Shown piece after piece: positions 9,812-19,213 of a stretch of 64,000 nucleotides of DNA. The first letter of the stretch is position 1. Each line of letters starts with the position of its first letter. The stretch comes from Candidatus Latescibacterota bacterium (GTDB taxonomy: Bacteria; Latescibacterota; UBA2968; UBA8231). Under the pieces are notes generated by a model that worked only from the letters and a program-made list of their open reading frames with translations, searched no databases and was not told the origin of the DNA. The stretch spans positions 320,001 to 384,000 of the forward strand of contig OZ253462.1 in the NCBI GenBank assembly GCA_965261395.1. The letters are read 5' to 3'. The position numbers and the translations under genes are program-made.

Positions 9812-11026
9812 ATGCGTGTCAACCGGGATCAATTTCTAGAAGAAGGCTATGTAATCCTGCGCCACGTCATCCCGCCAGAGATGCTGGATGCAGTGCGTAC
9901 GGCCTGCGAAAAAATGGTCGATCGTCAGCGGGCAATCTGGGCGAGCGAGCAAGCACCAGACGCCCCGGCCGGCGGCGTCTGGGAAACGGCTGCCCAACCT
10001 CGGCTGCACCTACAAACCACGGGGGACCAAGTCGATGCGGAGACCGCCCTAGCGGTGGAAATCTGGCTGCACGAAAACTTGCAGGGAGTTAGCAGCGAGT
10101 TGCTGGGATTAGAGGACGCCGCGGTCACCGAGATGATGATGATGTGCAGCCCGGTGCGCGACCACGGCCCGGCTAAGTGGCACCGCGACTTCTATCCGCC
10201 CTATTGCGCCCCGCTCCAGAGCTACGCCGACGACATCCTCGAAAACGGCCCGCGCTATGTGCAGTGGAATATCCCGCTTTACGACGATAACGTACTGTGG
10301 GTCGTGCCCAAAAGCCACATTCGTCGCAACACCGAAGAAGAAAATCGCCAAATCGCCAAAGACGCTCGCGCCCCACTTCCTAGCGGAGTCCAAACCCACC
10401 TCAACGCCGGCGACGGCGTGGCCTACATCCTGCCGATCCTACACTGGGGCAGCAACTACAGCACCAAGCTGCGCCGCACCATCCACGGCGGCTTTTCCGA
10501 CTTCAGCCACTACCCGGACCTTAGCTACCTCAAACACCTCTCGGCGACAGCTCAAAACACCTTCACCCGCTGGGACCAACGCAGCCAAAAGAAATTGGAC
10601 CAAACCGAGGCCGCGCTCCGTGCGGCTTTGCAAAAGGACGGCGCGGCCTACCGCGCCGCGCTCGACGCCCTGCATCCAGGCCGCGGCCCCAAGGGCCGGT
10701 TGCACTCGACGCTGTTTTTGAGCAAGGCCGCACGCCGCATCCACCACCTCAAACGCCCCGACTTCGCCGCGCTCCCTCCCCACGACCAACGCTACGCCAC
10801 CAGTATGCACCCGATGACCTTGCAATGGGGCCAACCTATCGCCGACCGCTTTTCAACAGCGGAAGCCGCCGCGCTGTGGACACGCTTCGAGTCCGTGGAC
10901 GACGCTCTCCAAGCCCCAGAGCCGCAAAGGGCTCCTGGTTTCCAAGGTGAGGATACCCATTACTACTTCAACGAAGTACCCGCCGACCTCAGCGTCGAAC
11001 GCTTTGTCGCCGGTTGGGGTGCTTAA
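9812..11026 (+). CDS. PhyH-family dioxygenase with C-terminal helical extension
   Basis: FLEEGYVIL, WHRD, ILHWG. Confidence 0.82.
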   Translation: MRVNRDQFLEEGYVILRHVIPPEMLDAVRTACEKMVDRQRAIWASEQAPDAPAGGVWETAAQPRLHLQTTGDQVDAETALAVEIWLHENLQGVSSELLGLEDAAVTEMMMMCSPVRDHGPAKWHRDFYPPYCAPLQSYADDILENGPRYVQWNIPLYDDNVLWVVPKSHIRRNTEEENRQIAKDARAPLPSGVQTHLNAGDGVAYILPILHWGSNYSTKLRRTIHGGFSDFSHYPDLSYLKHLSATAQNTFTRWDQRSQKKLDQTEAALRAALQKDGAAYRAALDALHPGRGPKGRLHSTLFLSKAARRIHHLKRPDFAALPPHDQRYATSMHPMTLQWGQPIADRFSTAEAAALWTRFESVDDALQAPEPQRAPGFQGEDTHYYFNEVPADLSVERFVAGWGA

Positions 11027-11049
11027 GTTCAGTTTGGGTGTCTCGCCGA

Positions 11050-11448
11050 CTAGCGACCGCCCCGCCCCCCACCGCCCCCACTGCGCCCGCCACCTCGGTT
11101 GCGCAATGCCTCAAAAAGGCTCATCTGTTCCTGGGTCATGATATTCCGCACGGAAGTATCGAGCATCGCTTGGATCTTGCCCATCTCCTCGCCCATCGCC
11201 GTGCGATCGCCGCCCGCGCCCATTCCTTTCATAAGTTCACTGCGCTGATCCCAGGCGTCTTGGTAGGCCAGTTGCAAGGCCCGCAAATTATCGCCCCGGA
11301 CCTTGACCGCAAAACAGATCAACGCCCAGTCCCTTTCGATCGTCAGCGAGGAACCGCCGCCACCGCCACCGCGCCTGCCGGGTTGGGCCTGGGTATAGGC
11401 GGCAAAGGATAATGCGACCAACACTAAAACTACCGCGATCTTTTTCAT
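11050..11448 (-). CDS. Small secreted helical protein with Gly/Arg-rich tracts
   Basis: AAGGAGG RBS, signal peptide MKKIAVVLVLVALSFAA, GGGG/RGG tracts at both ends. Confidence 0.7.
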   Translation of the reverse strand: MKKIAVVLVLVALSFAAYTQAQPGRRGGGGGGSSLTIERDWALICFAVKVRGDNLRALQLAYQDAWDQRSELMKGMGAGGDRTAMGEEMGKIQAMLDTSVRNIMTQEQMSLFEALRNRGGGRSGGGGGRGGR

Positions 11449-11504
11449 CATATCCTCCTTGGAATAGATTGACAAAAAAACTATAACCAATCGACTACAA
11501 AAAA

Positions 11505-11556
11505 GATACCTATCACTACTTCACCGATGTGCCCGCCGGACTCAGCGTCGAACGCT
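11505..11556 (+). repeat. Orphan copy of the 3' end of PhyH gene 9812-11026 (partner at 10952-11003)
   Basis: 45/52 nt identical by manual alignment. Confidence 0.85.
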
Positions 11557-11959
11557 GCGTGGATTTTCTCATGGTTTAATCCTCCTATTGTTAGATTGGC
11601 GATTTAAGCGCGAAAAAGGACGACCAAATCGTCCAGCCAATGATCAGTTGTGACTTATAACACCTGAGCACGGCAAGGGTGTCACCGCTATCGTCTATCT
11701 CAATCAACTCTACGATCTCGATCTATTGCGGCAGCACTATCGGCGGGCTCGCAAGGAGCCGTCCCGCTCCTTGCCTTATGACCGGGAGCGGCCTACTTTT
11801 CTTGGGTGTCCGGCCAGACTCCTCCGCTGCGAAGCCGAGCGGGAATTGAACTTTTTTGATGCGTTCGGTCCGATTGCAAATCCGTCAAATAATATCGCCT
11901 TCTTATCTTCCTAGGCAGGGTGCGTGGCCGCAAGCTCATCTTTCACGCGGAGAAATTTT

Positions 11960-12655
11960 ATGAAGATAGCACGTCTGTTAGGGGTAGGTTGGACCTCGCT
12001 CGTCCTGCTCGCCTGCAACGGCCAGGAAGTCAAGACCAGCACCCCGGCCAAAGTGGAGACCGAAGAAGAAAAGGTCCTCTACGCCTTGGGCCTAGTCATA
12101 GCGCAAAACACCCTGGAGCCGTTCAGGGGTCAATTCAGCGACGCGGAAATGGCGGTGGTCATGCAGGGCTTTGCCGACGCCATCAAGGGCGGCGAGACCA
12201 TCGTCCCCCTGCAGGAATTCGGCCCCAAGATCAACCCCATGTTGCAGGAGCGCATGAAAGGAGTTCAAGCCCAAGCCGCGGCAGAGGGCAAGGCCTTCAG
12301 GGAAAAGGCCGCCCAAGAAGAAGGTGCCGTGCAGACGGCTTCCGGCCTCATCTTCAAAGAGCTGAGGGCCGGCACCGGAGTCTCGCCCAGAGCCACCGAC
12401 CGGGTCAAAGTGCACTACCACGGCTCGCTGATTGACGGCACTGTCTTCGACAGTTCGGTGGAGCGCGGCGAGCCTATCACCTTTGCCCTCGACCAAGTGG
12501 TCAAAGGCTGGACTGAGGGACTGCAAATGATGAAAGTGGGTGGCAAGGCCAAGCTGACCATCTCGCCCGAACTGGCCTACGGCCCGGGGGGCCGCGAAGG
12601 AATTCCGCCCAACGCCACCCTGATTTTTGAAGTCGAACTGCTGGGCATTGAGTGA
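11960..12655 (+). CDS. fkpA: FKBP-type peptidyl-prolyl isomerase (FkpA/Mip-like lipoprotein)
   Basis: LVLLAC lipobox, VKVHYHGSLIDGTVFDSS, GWTEGLQ, IPPNATLIFEVELL. Confidence 0.9.
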   Translation: MKIARLLGVGWTSLVLLACNGQEVKTSTPAKVETEEEKVLYALGLVIAQNTLEPFRGQFSDAEMAVVMQGFADAIKGGETIVPLQEFGPKINPMLQERMKGVQAQAAAEGKAFREKAAQEEGAVQTASGLIFKELRAGTGVSPRATDRVKVHYHGSLIDGTVFDSSVERGEPITFALDQVVKGWTEGLQMMKVGGKAKLTISPELAYGPGGREGIPPNATLIFEVELLGIE

Positions 12656-12704
12656 GGTAGGTCCGAAGGTGCCTGTGCGTGACGGAGCGGGTGCCCTGCC
12701 TTGC

Positions 12705-13721
12705 TCATGTCTCCCACTCCGCATAAATATCCGCAATCACCTCGTCGATCGGCGCCCGGTGCGTCTCCGCGTCGAGCACCGATGCCTGCGCCGAGGCTTC
12801 GGCGAGCAGGGTCGGCAATTTAACCTGTTCCGCGTCAAAGACGTACTCGTGCCAGCCGGCCTCCGTTTTCAGGAGTTCAGCACGGCTCAGGTCAGGTGCC
12901 TCCTCCCCACTCGTCTGCAAGCGCAACCGCCGTCTGTCCCCGAAGTGATTGCGCAGCTCGTCAAACGGTCCGTCAAAGGCGATTCGTCCTCGGTCTATCA
13001 TCACGATCCGACCAGCTAGCTGTTCCAACTCGTCCATGTCGTGGCTGGTGATCATCACCGTTACTCCCTTCTCGCTATTCAGATCCTTGATAAAGTCGAG
13101 GATATTGCGCCTGGCCAGCACATCGACGCCGATCGTCGGCTCGTCCAAGAACAGAATCTCCGGCTCGTGCATGAGCATCAGCCCAAGGTCTGCCCGCATC
13201 TTCTGGCCCAAGCTCAACTGCCGCGCCAGACTATCCATGAACTCATCGAGGCCCAGCAGTTCGCGCACAAAGTCGAGCATCCGCTCGTAGCGCTTCCGCG
13301 GAATATCCCACACGACCCGCTTCCATTCGAAACTCGCCGACACTGGCTGGTCCCACCACAGTTCGGTGCGCTGGCCAAAGACCACGCCAATGCGGCTGAC
13401 ATAGGCCACCCGGTCCCGCATCGGGTCCATTCCCAAGGCCCGCACGCTCCCCGACGTCGGTGCTAGCACGCTCGACAGCAGCTTGACCGTCGTCGACTTG
13501 CCCGCGCCATTGGGGCCAGCGTAGGCGACGATCTCGCCCCGGCGCACAATAAGATCCACATCCTGCAGAGCGCGAATCTCGCGCACCCGGGGCCGAAAGA
13601 GATTCTTGCAGACATCGCGCACATGCGCCGAGCGCTGGCGCTGGTAGAAGGTCTTGTTGACCCCCTGCAACTCAACTGCGATGTCCCCAGCGCAAGTAGC
13701 GCTGCGATCCAGTGCGTCCAT
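12705..13721 (-). CDS. ABC transporter ATP-binding subunit (ABC-2, drug-exporter type)
   Basis: GPNGAGKST, LSLGQ, LFLDEPT, SH motif. Confidence 0.93.
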   Translation of the reverse strand: MDALDRSATCAGDIAVELQGVNKTFYQRQRSAHVRDVCKNLFRPRVREIRALQDVDLIVRRGEIVAYAGPNGAGKSTTVKLLSSVLAPTSGSVRALGMDPMRDRVAYVSRIGVVFGQRTELWWDQPVSASFEWKRVVWDIPRKRYERMLDFVRELLGLDEFMDSLARQLSLGQKMRADLGLMLMHEPEILFLDEPTIGVDVLARRNILDFIKDLNSEKGVTVMITSHDMDELEQLAGRIVMIDRGRIAFDGPFDELRNHFGDRRRLRLQTSGEEAPDLSRAELLKTEAGWHEYVFDAEQVKLPTLLAEASAQASVLDAETHRAPIDEVIADIYAEWET

Positions 13722-14523
13722 AGTGATTCATTCCTTTCTTGATAGCTATCAGCGCCACAAGGCTCAGGACGCAGGCGAATAGCGGCGTAGTCCACAGCGA
13801 TCCGGCATCTTGGTCAACCCCAAGCAATACCCGGCAGGGATACCAAGCGACAAAACCCACCGGCAACACGCTCAACAAGCCGTTGACCAAGAGCGGATGC
13901 AGCCCATCGAGGGGAAACGACTTCAACTGCCAAGCGAAGCCGATCGCGCGGGAGCTTATTTCCTCGGCACCCACCGGCGACCAGAACGCCATCGCGCTCC
14001 ACAAATAGGAAAAGGCCAAGACCACCACACAGGAAGCCAGCAGGTGGACTCCATAGCACAGCCACCAGCCGGGTTCCAAGGCCATATCCAGCCGCCCCAA
14101 AGACCAAGCGCTGATCCCCAACCCGACGATGAATCCCCAGCAGCCGGAGAAAGGCATAAAGCCCTCGGTGAGCAGGGCCATCCACAACGGCTGCGGCTGC
14201 ACCAGTGTGTGGTCGAGCTGGCCGCGGCCAATGCGGCGGCTGACGGCCAGCACGTTGTAGCTGAAGAACATTTCGAGCAGTCCTTGCACTAGGGCGGCGT
14301 AGCCGAGCATGAAGAGAATCTGGTCCCGGCTCCACGCTCCGATACCAGCGAAGCGCTCGGCTAGGAGGAATACCGCCATCACCCCCGAGAGGCTGAGGAC
14401 TAAATCAGAGACGACGTTGATGAGGAAAAACTTGAAATCCCGGGTCATCCACATGAAGTCGAGATACGCCTGCACTCGCCAGCGCCTGACCACCTGGACT
14501 ATGGGGTTGCGGTTAGCCGCCAT
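13672..14523 (-). CDS. ABC-2 family permease
   Basis: Hydrophobic; GQLDHTLVQP motif; in an operon with the ATPase. Confidence 0.85.
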   Translation of the reverse strand: MAANRNPIVQVVRRWRVQAYLDFMWMTRDFKFFLINVVSDLVLSLSGVMAVFLLAERFAGIGAWSRDQILFMLGYAALVQGLLEMFFSYNVLAVSRRIGRGQLDHTLVQPQPLWMALLTEGFMPFSGCWGFIVGLGISAWSLGRLDMALEPGWWLCYGVHLLASCVVVLAFSYLWSAMAFWSPVGAEEISSRAIGFAWQLKSFPLDGLHPLLVNGLLSVLPVGFVAWYPCRVLLGVDQDAGSLWTTPLFACVLSLVALIAIKKGMNHYGRTGSQRYLRWGHRS

Positions 14524-15307
14524 GGGACACCAGCCTTTCGCGATTGTGGCGCCAGAGCGCGTGCGCACCCGCCCACAGCACTACAGCCCAAGCTACCTGC
14601 AAAGGGATGAGGTCGTGTGGATTGCCCGTGCCGGTGTAGATTCGCAGTGGTGCCGATGCCAGCGCGGCGAAGGGCAGCAACTCGAAATAGTCCCCAAGGC
14701 CCCAGGGCAAGAGCGCCAGCGGTATCAGCCGGCCCGACAACAGCACCGTCAATGTGGTGCGGATCCGTTGCAGCGCGTACACGCTGTGCTCCAAGAAGAC
14801 CATGCACGCGGCAAAGAACAGATCCAAGGCCGTGCCCACCGCCACGCCCAGCGCCAAACTGAGTAAAAACCACAGCCCGGCCGTCCATGTCGCCGGGGCG
14901 GAGTCAACTCCCAGCAGTGGCGCGATGAGCAACAGCGGCAGCGAAAATAACAGCAGGCCGGGGATCCATCCGCCGACCATTTCGGCCAGCATCTGCCCGT
15001 AGATCCCCATCGGTCGCAAGAAGCGGTTGGCTATATTTCCGCTCCACAGATCGTTGTCGATCTGGGTGCGGCCCGATAGCTGGTCGGCAAAAATTGCGGC
15101 GACCATGGTATAGGTCAGCACCGCCTCCAGGCTCATCCCCGCAACGACGCCCTGGCCCGCCATCACCGTGCGCCAAAGCGAGAGCAAGATCGCCACGTGG
15201 AATAGCCGCAGCGCAAAGTCGCCAATCAGGCCCCAAGGCGTGTCATTGAGCGACTGTGTCGCGACGATGGCGATGGTTTTCCCGTATTTGTGCAGCAGTG
15301 ATATCAT
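14513..15307 (-). CDS. ABC-2 family permease
   Basis: SGNIANRFLRP, LSGRLIPL, LPFA; ends in GG. Confidence 0.85.
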   Translation of the reverse strand: MISLLHKYGKTIAIVATQSLNDTPWGLIGDFALRLFHVAILLSLWRTVMAGQGVVAGMSLEAVLTYTMVAAIFADQLSGRTQIDNDLWSGNIANRFLRPMGIYGQMLAEMVGGWIPGLLLFSLPLLLIAPLLGVDSAPATWTAGLWFLLSLALGVAVGTALDLFFAACMVFLEHSVYALQRIRTTLTVLLSGRLIPLALLPWGLGDYFELLPFAALASAPLRIYTGTGNPHDLIPLQVAWAVVLWAGAHALWRHNRERLVSHGG

Positions 15308-15319
15308 CGGTTATCCCCC

Positions 15320-15353
15320 AAAAAAAAGACCGCAGACAATAAGCCCGCGGTCT
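15320..15353 (-). terminator. Intrinsic terminator/attenuator-like hairpin directly upstream of the ABC operon
   Basis: Minus strand AGACCGCGGGC-TTATT-GTCTGCGGTCT followed by a T-run. Confidence 0.7.
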
Positions 15354-15364
15354 CTAAAAGTCAT

Positions 15365-15392
15365 AAAAAAGCCGGGAACGAGGCTCCCGGCT
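15365..15392 (-). terminator. Intrinsic terminator of gene 15396-16832
   Basis: Minus strand AGCCGGGAGC-CTC-GTTCCCGGCT followed by a T-run. Confidence 0.75.
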
Positions 15393-15395
15393 AAA

Positions 15396-16832
15396 TCATC
15401 TCAAACCCGTCGGCAAGGGATGGTACTTCACCTCGACTTCTACATCTGTGACTCTCAGCGAACTCACCAAATCGTCCGGCCGTCCCACCAGCGCAATTTC
15501 CAAGCGGTTCGCCCCCTGCTGCGGCCGCACCCGCTGCAAGTCGAAAACCAGCCACATGCTCTGGTACGGAGCGACCTTATAGCCGTACTCGCGCCGGCAT
15601 ATCTCTTCTTGCAGCGACTGGCCGTTGAGCGCGATCTCCAAGCGGTCGTCCGAGACCAGATCGACGATCTTGATCCGCAAGAGCACCTGACTAACGCGGC
15701 CTTCTTGCACATCGTCGGCCAAGTAAAAGGGAATGGTATGCTGCGCTCGGTCGTCAACTGCGATCTCTACCGGCAGCGCCACCGGGTACTGATTTTCCTC
15801 ATCCACGGACCGCCGCGCCAGCACGTAGTGCTTGTCCTTCTCCTTCATCAGGTCTCGGTCGCCCAACTCGCTCAGCGCGCTGCGTTCCCGGTCTTCTAAG
15901 GGCCAGCGCATAAACCACGCGTACAGCCCGTCGCAGCCCCGGTCCAACAGGCTCGTCGCCGCCGCCCGAAGGTGGGCAGGAGCGGGCCAAACCCGCTCGG
16001 CCCCAACCGATTCATCGGATACGTAGGGCTGCAAGGACCCATACACCGCCGCGTCGGCCGCGTGCGCTGCCTCGACCAGCCAATCTATCGGCATGTCCCC
16101 GTCGAGGATCATATAGCCGTAGCGCATCGGCACCAAGAAATCCACCAACCCGCGCTCTAGCCAAGCCCGCACATCCAAGCCCTGCGCCCGGTTCATCTCC
16201 TCGGTGGGCAAAACCCGCGCTCCGACCACGCCCGACCGCTGCCCGCGCACCCGCTCGGCGATCTGCTCCACGTAGTCTGTCAAAATGGGCGTCACCGCCT
16301 CCACATCCTCCGCCCGCAGGATGCGCGGTGCCCCGCCCGGCAGGGCAAAGTCCAGCTCGATGCCATCGGTTTCGTATTCGGTCGCCAGCTCCTCGACGAC
16401 TTGCAATATGTGCGCTCGCACCTCCGCGTGCGCCAGCCCGCCACCGCCGTCGGCCAGCTTGTGGGCCGGATCCATATTCCCGTAAGCGACCATCCGCAAG
16501 CTAGCCCAGAAGTCCATGTTGTGGTCGTGTGCCCGGTCGATGAGCACCGTCAGCGGGTCGAGGCCGCGTTCGATCAGACTCTGCATGTTGTGCCAAGTGC
16601 GCCAATAGGCCGCCTGCTCAAAGGGCTGAATATCCGCTCCGAACATCATCCCCACTCGCGATGGATAAAAAAGCCCGTCGCCGCGCTCGACCCCGTAGGC
16701 AAAAGTATCCACCCCTGTGCCTGAGACTTCGTCTATGGGCACCCAAGCGTCTTCGAGCGCCATCGGCGGCTCAAAGGCAAAAAGGTAGTAGTGCCGAGCA
16801 TCGTTAAAGTAGATGGTGCGCTGCTGTCGCAT
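15396..16832 (-). CDS. Glycoside-hydrolase-like TIM barrel (GHL10/DUF187-like) with C-terminal beta-sandwich
   Basis: IYFNDA, FWASLRM, DGIELDF, GLDVRAWL, DGLY. Confidence 0.6.
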   Translation of the reverse strand: MRQQRTIYFNDARHYYLFAFEPPMALEDAWVPIDEVSGTGVDTFAYGVERGDGLFYPSRVGMMFGADIQPFEQAAYWRTWHNMQSLIERGLDPLTVLIDRAHDHNMDFWASLRMVAYGNMDPAHKLADGGGGLAHAEVRAHILQVVEELATEYETDGIELDFALPGGAPRILRAEDVEAVTPILTDYVEQIAERVRGQRSGVVGARVLPTEEMNRAQGLDVRAWLERGLVDFLVPMRYGYMILDGDMPIDWLVEAAHAADAAVYGSLQPYVSDESVGAERVWPAPAHLRAAATSLLDRGCDGLYAWFMRWPLEDRERSALSELGDRDLMKEKDKHYVLARRSVDEENQYPVALPVEIAVDDRAQHTIPFYLADDVQEGRVSQVLLRIKIVDLVSDDRLEIALNGQSLQEEICRREYGYKVAPYQSMWLVFDLQRVRPQQGANRLEIALVGRPDDLVSSLRVTDVEVEVKYHPLPTGLR

Positions 16833-17044
16833 GGCGTATCCTCCTCGTTCTTAAGGGAAATTATATACCTGAGTGCCCAAAAACCCTGTTCGCGGCTAAT
16901 AAGCATTAATTATCAACTATTGACAATTGTGAGGAGTAAAAAGAAAACCTTGACGATGTGAAGGGGCTGTACGTTAATGAGAATGCCCCTCGCACTTCCC
17001 CTGCGGAGGCGGATCGCCTCCGGCTTCTAACGTTCATTATCATA

Positions 17045-17188
17045 AAGATAATTGGAGACCCGCACGCAGAGGCCTTCTACCTCGCGATCGGGGCAAGACG
17101 TGTGGGCGAAACTCCCTCTACCAGCACCCGAGGAAGGATGCTGCCGGTCTTCGTCGTCGACTTGAGGTCCAAAGCGCAAGAATCCTAG
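17045..17188 (+). pseudogene. C-terminal remnant of a GNAT acetyltransferase
   Basis: GDPHAEAFYLAIGARRVGETPSTSTRGRMLPVF resembles the GNAT motif B/C-terminus; the N-terminus is absent. Confidence 0.6.
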
Positions 17189-17210
17189 GAAGGCGGGGAA
17201 GCGCACGACC

Positions 17211-17301
17211 GGCTAACACGTTCACTTGCGCTGCGTCGTTTGCGCTCCTTGGCCTGACGGCAACCCGCTTCGCGGGTTCGCAAGTAGCGGGAACGTTATA
17301 G
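17211..17301 (+). mobile_element. attC-like integron recombination site
   Basis: GGCTAAC...GTTATAG ends; imperfect palindrome (GTTC-ACTTGCG...CGCAAGT-AGCGG-GAAC); lies between a stop codon and the next RBS. Confidence 0.65.
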
Positions 17302-17326
17302 GAAATGCAAGCAAACACTGGAGGAC

Positions 17327-17914
17327 GTGATGTTGACAACCACGATGCTTCCACCGCAGGCAAGAAGGGCCTTCCACCTGCTCAAACAATTTGAGCGACC
17401 TTGGTTTGTTGCAGGTGGTTGGGCACTAGACCTGTTCTTGGGGCGAATTACACGCGATCACAGCGATTTCGAAATTGCCCTCTTCCGGGAGGATCAATTG
17501 GAACTGCAGCGCATCCTAAAGGGGTGGAGGCTTGAGCTAGCCACACAGGAGGGCCGAAGAATATGGATGCCCAACGAGTGGCTAGAGTTACCATTTCATG
17601 AGCTTCATACGTATGACAGCGAGAACAATCATGTAGAATTCTTACTCAATGAGAAGAACAACTCAGACTGGATTTTCCGCAGGAACAAGGCTATCAAACG
17701 GAAAATCTCCGCTTTGTCTATGTACACCGATGAAGGTATTCCCTTCCTCGGACCAGAGATCGTCTTGCTTTACAAGGCTAAGGAAGGTCGTGACCATGAC
17801 GAACTGGATATGAGGCAGGCAAGGGATCACTTAGTCGGTTCTCGACGCCAATGGCTGTGTCACGCTTTAAGAGTTCATTTGCCAGACCATCCATGGATCT
17901 CTCAACTTCGATGA
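17327..17914 (+). CDS. Nucleotidyltransferase (aminoglycoside-2''-adenylyltransferase/Lnu-like)
   Basis: WFVAGGWALDLFLGRITRDHSDFE, PEIVLLYKAK, HPW; lower GC than neighbours. Confidence 0.8.
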   Translation: MMLTTTMLPPQARRAFHLLKQFERPWFVAGGWALDLFLGRITRDHSDFEIALFREDQLELQRILKGWRLELATQEGRRIWMPNEWLELPFHELHTYDSENNHVEFLLNEKNNSDWIFRRNKAIKRKISALSMYTDEGIPFLGPEIVLLYKAKEGRDHDELDMRQARDHLVGSRRQWLCHALRVHLPDHPWISQLR

Positions 17915-17948
17915 TGATTGTAGGAGTATCAGTAAAGGAATATGGACC

Positions 17949-18188
17949 ATGATTACAGTACGTTCCATTGATCAGAGTGAATTCCCCCGAGTATTAAGTT
18001 TTTATCAAGAGACAGAGTACAGCGGAGGTCTAACAGAGTCTGATCAGGTGGTGATAGCAGAACGTCACGGTAAACTTCTCGCTGCCGTGCGACTATGTGA
18101 GGAAGCTGGAGAGTTAGTCCTGAGAGGTATGCGGGTCTCGACATCTATGCAGCGGCAAGGTATTTGGAGGCCAACAATTGACAAGTAG
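17949..18188 (+). pseudogene. Truncated GNAT acetyltransferase
   Basis: Ends right after the acetyl-CoA motif MRVxxxMQRQGI; 79 aa. Confidence 0.65.
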
Positions 18189-19089
18189 GTCGCGTGCGCT
18201 TGTCGAGGTCCATGTTGCGGCCCTCCTGTATGGATTCATCGGCCCCTTCGGAAAGGCAGTCGATCTCAACCCACACCAAATCGTCTTTTGGAGGACGTCT
18301 CTGGCAGCAGTCGTTCTACTGGTTATTGCGAGGCGGCTCAAGAGCCACACTCTAGTCAAGAACTGGGCCGACCTGGCTACTTTTACGGCGATCGCTGGAT
18401 TGCTTGCTGTTCATTGGGTGCTCTTCTTCAAGTCGATAAAGGTCTCAACAGTCGCAATTGGCCTAGTGACGACCTACACCTATCCAGTACTCATGGTATT
18501 TCTCGAGAGCTAGTTTTTCAACCTCAGGCTCCGAGCTCTCGATTTCGTAAGTGCCGTTGCGGTCTTGGTGGGTATTTACTATCTGACACCCGAGTTTAAT
18601 TTGTCGGATGCGACTTTCCAAGGGGTTATCTACGGGGTTGCCGCTGGATCAATGATCCCATTCATCGTTCTAATACGGAAGAAGCGAATCATCGACAAGT
18701 ATAATAGCTGGGACATCTCAGCTTATGAAATGGGCATTGCTGGCCTGATTCTTCTCCCGTTCATGCTTTACGATGGAAGTCTCTTCCATATGCCAAGTTT
18801 TAGGGATCTCTTGCTCCTAGTGGTGCTTGGAGTGGTACTAACTGGTTTCGCAAGGGTACTTTTTGTCAACAGCCAGCGACACCTCTCCGGCAAAGTTGTT
18901 GGGATAACCTTGGTACTCGAGGTAGTTTATGGTGTGATTCTCGCACTGATTTTCTTGGCTGCTGTTCCATCGAAGAGGGAAATCATCGGCGGCCTGATCA
19001 TAGTGTCCGTCGCTTTGTTTGAGAGTCTAAGGTCTCGAAGGAATGAAACTGCAGGCCAGGATATCGGTGAGTCAGGGAGCGAGGTTTGA
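18178..19089 (+). pseudogene. DMT/EamA transporter with an in-frame TAG at 18511-18513
   Basis: ORFs 18178-18513 and 18565-19089 are in the same frame; IVFWR, HWVLFFKSI and LEVVYG motifs. Confidence 0.8.
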
Positions 19090-19111
19090 GCCCATCCACA
19101 CCGAGAGGCTG

Positions 19112-19160
19112 GCATATCCTATAACACCGTGTCCCCGACTGCGGCGCATTCGCGCCTCCG
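19112..19160 (+). mobile_element. Truncated attC-like site (left arm only)
   Basis: GCATATCCTATAAC matches the reverse complement of GTTATAGGAAATGC (17295-17308) at 13/14 positions; the right arm is missing. Confidence 0.55.
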
Positions 19161-19213
19161 CCCCAACCTAGCTTCACCACAAATTTCGATAGCCCACGAC
19201 GATCGGAGAATCA

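Noticed and set aside
10952-11556. DGR template/variable repeat pair (also considered for 33587/35308)
   Set aside because: Mismatches are not confined to adenines of one copy, the repeats are short, and no reverse transcriptase is in the window.
18511-18513. Programmed TAG read-through (pyrrolysine or recoding) in the DMT gene
   Set aside because: TAG is used as a normal stop elsewhere, no pyl genes are present, and neighbours are also decayed, so a simple nonsense mutation is more likely.
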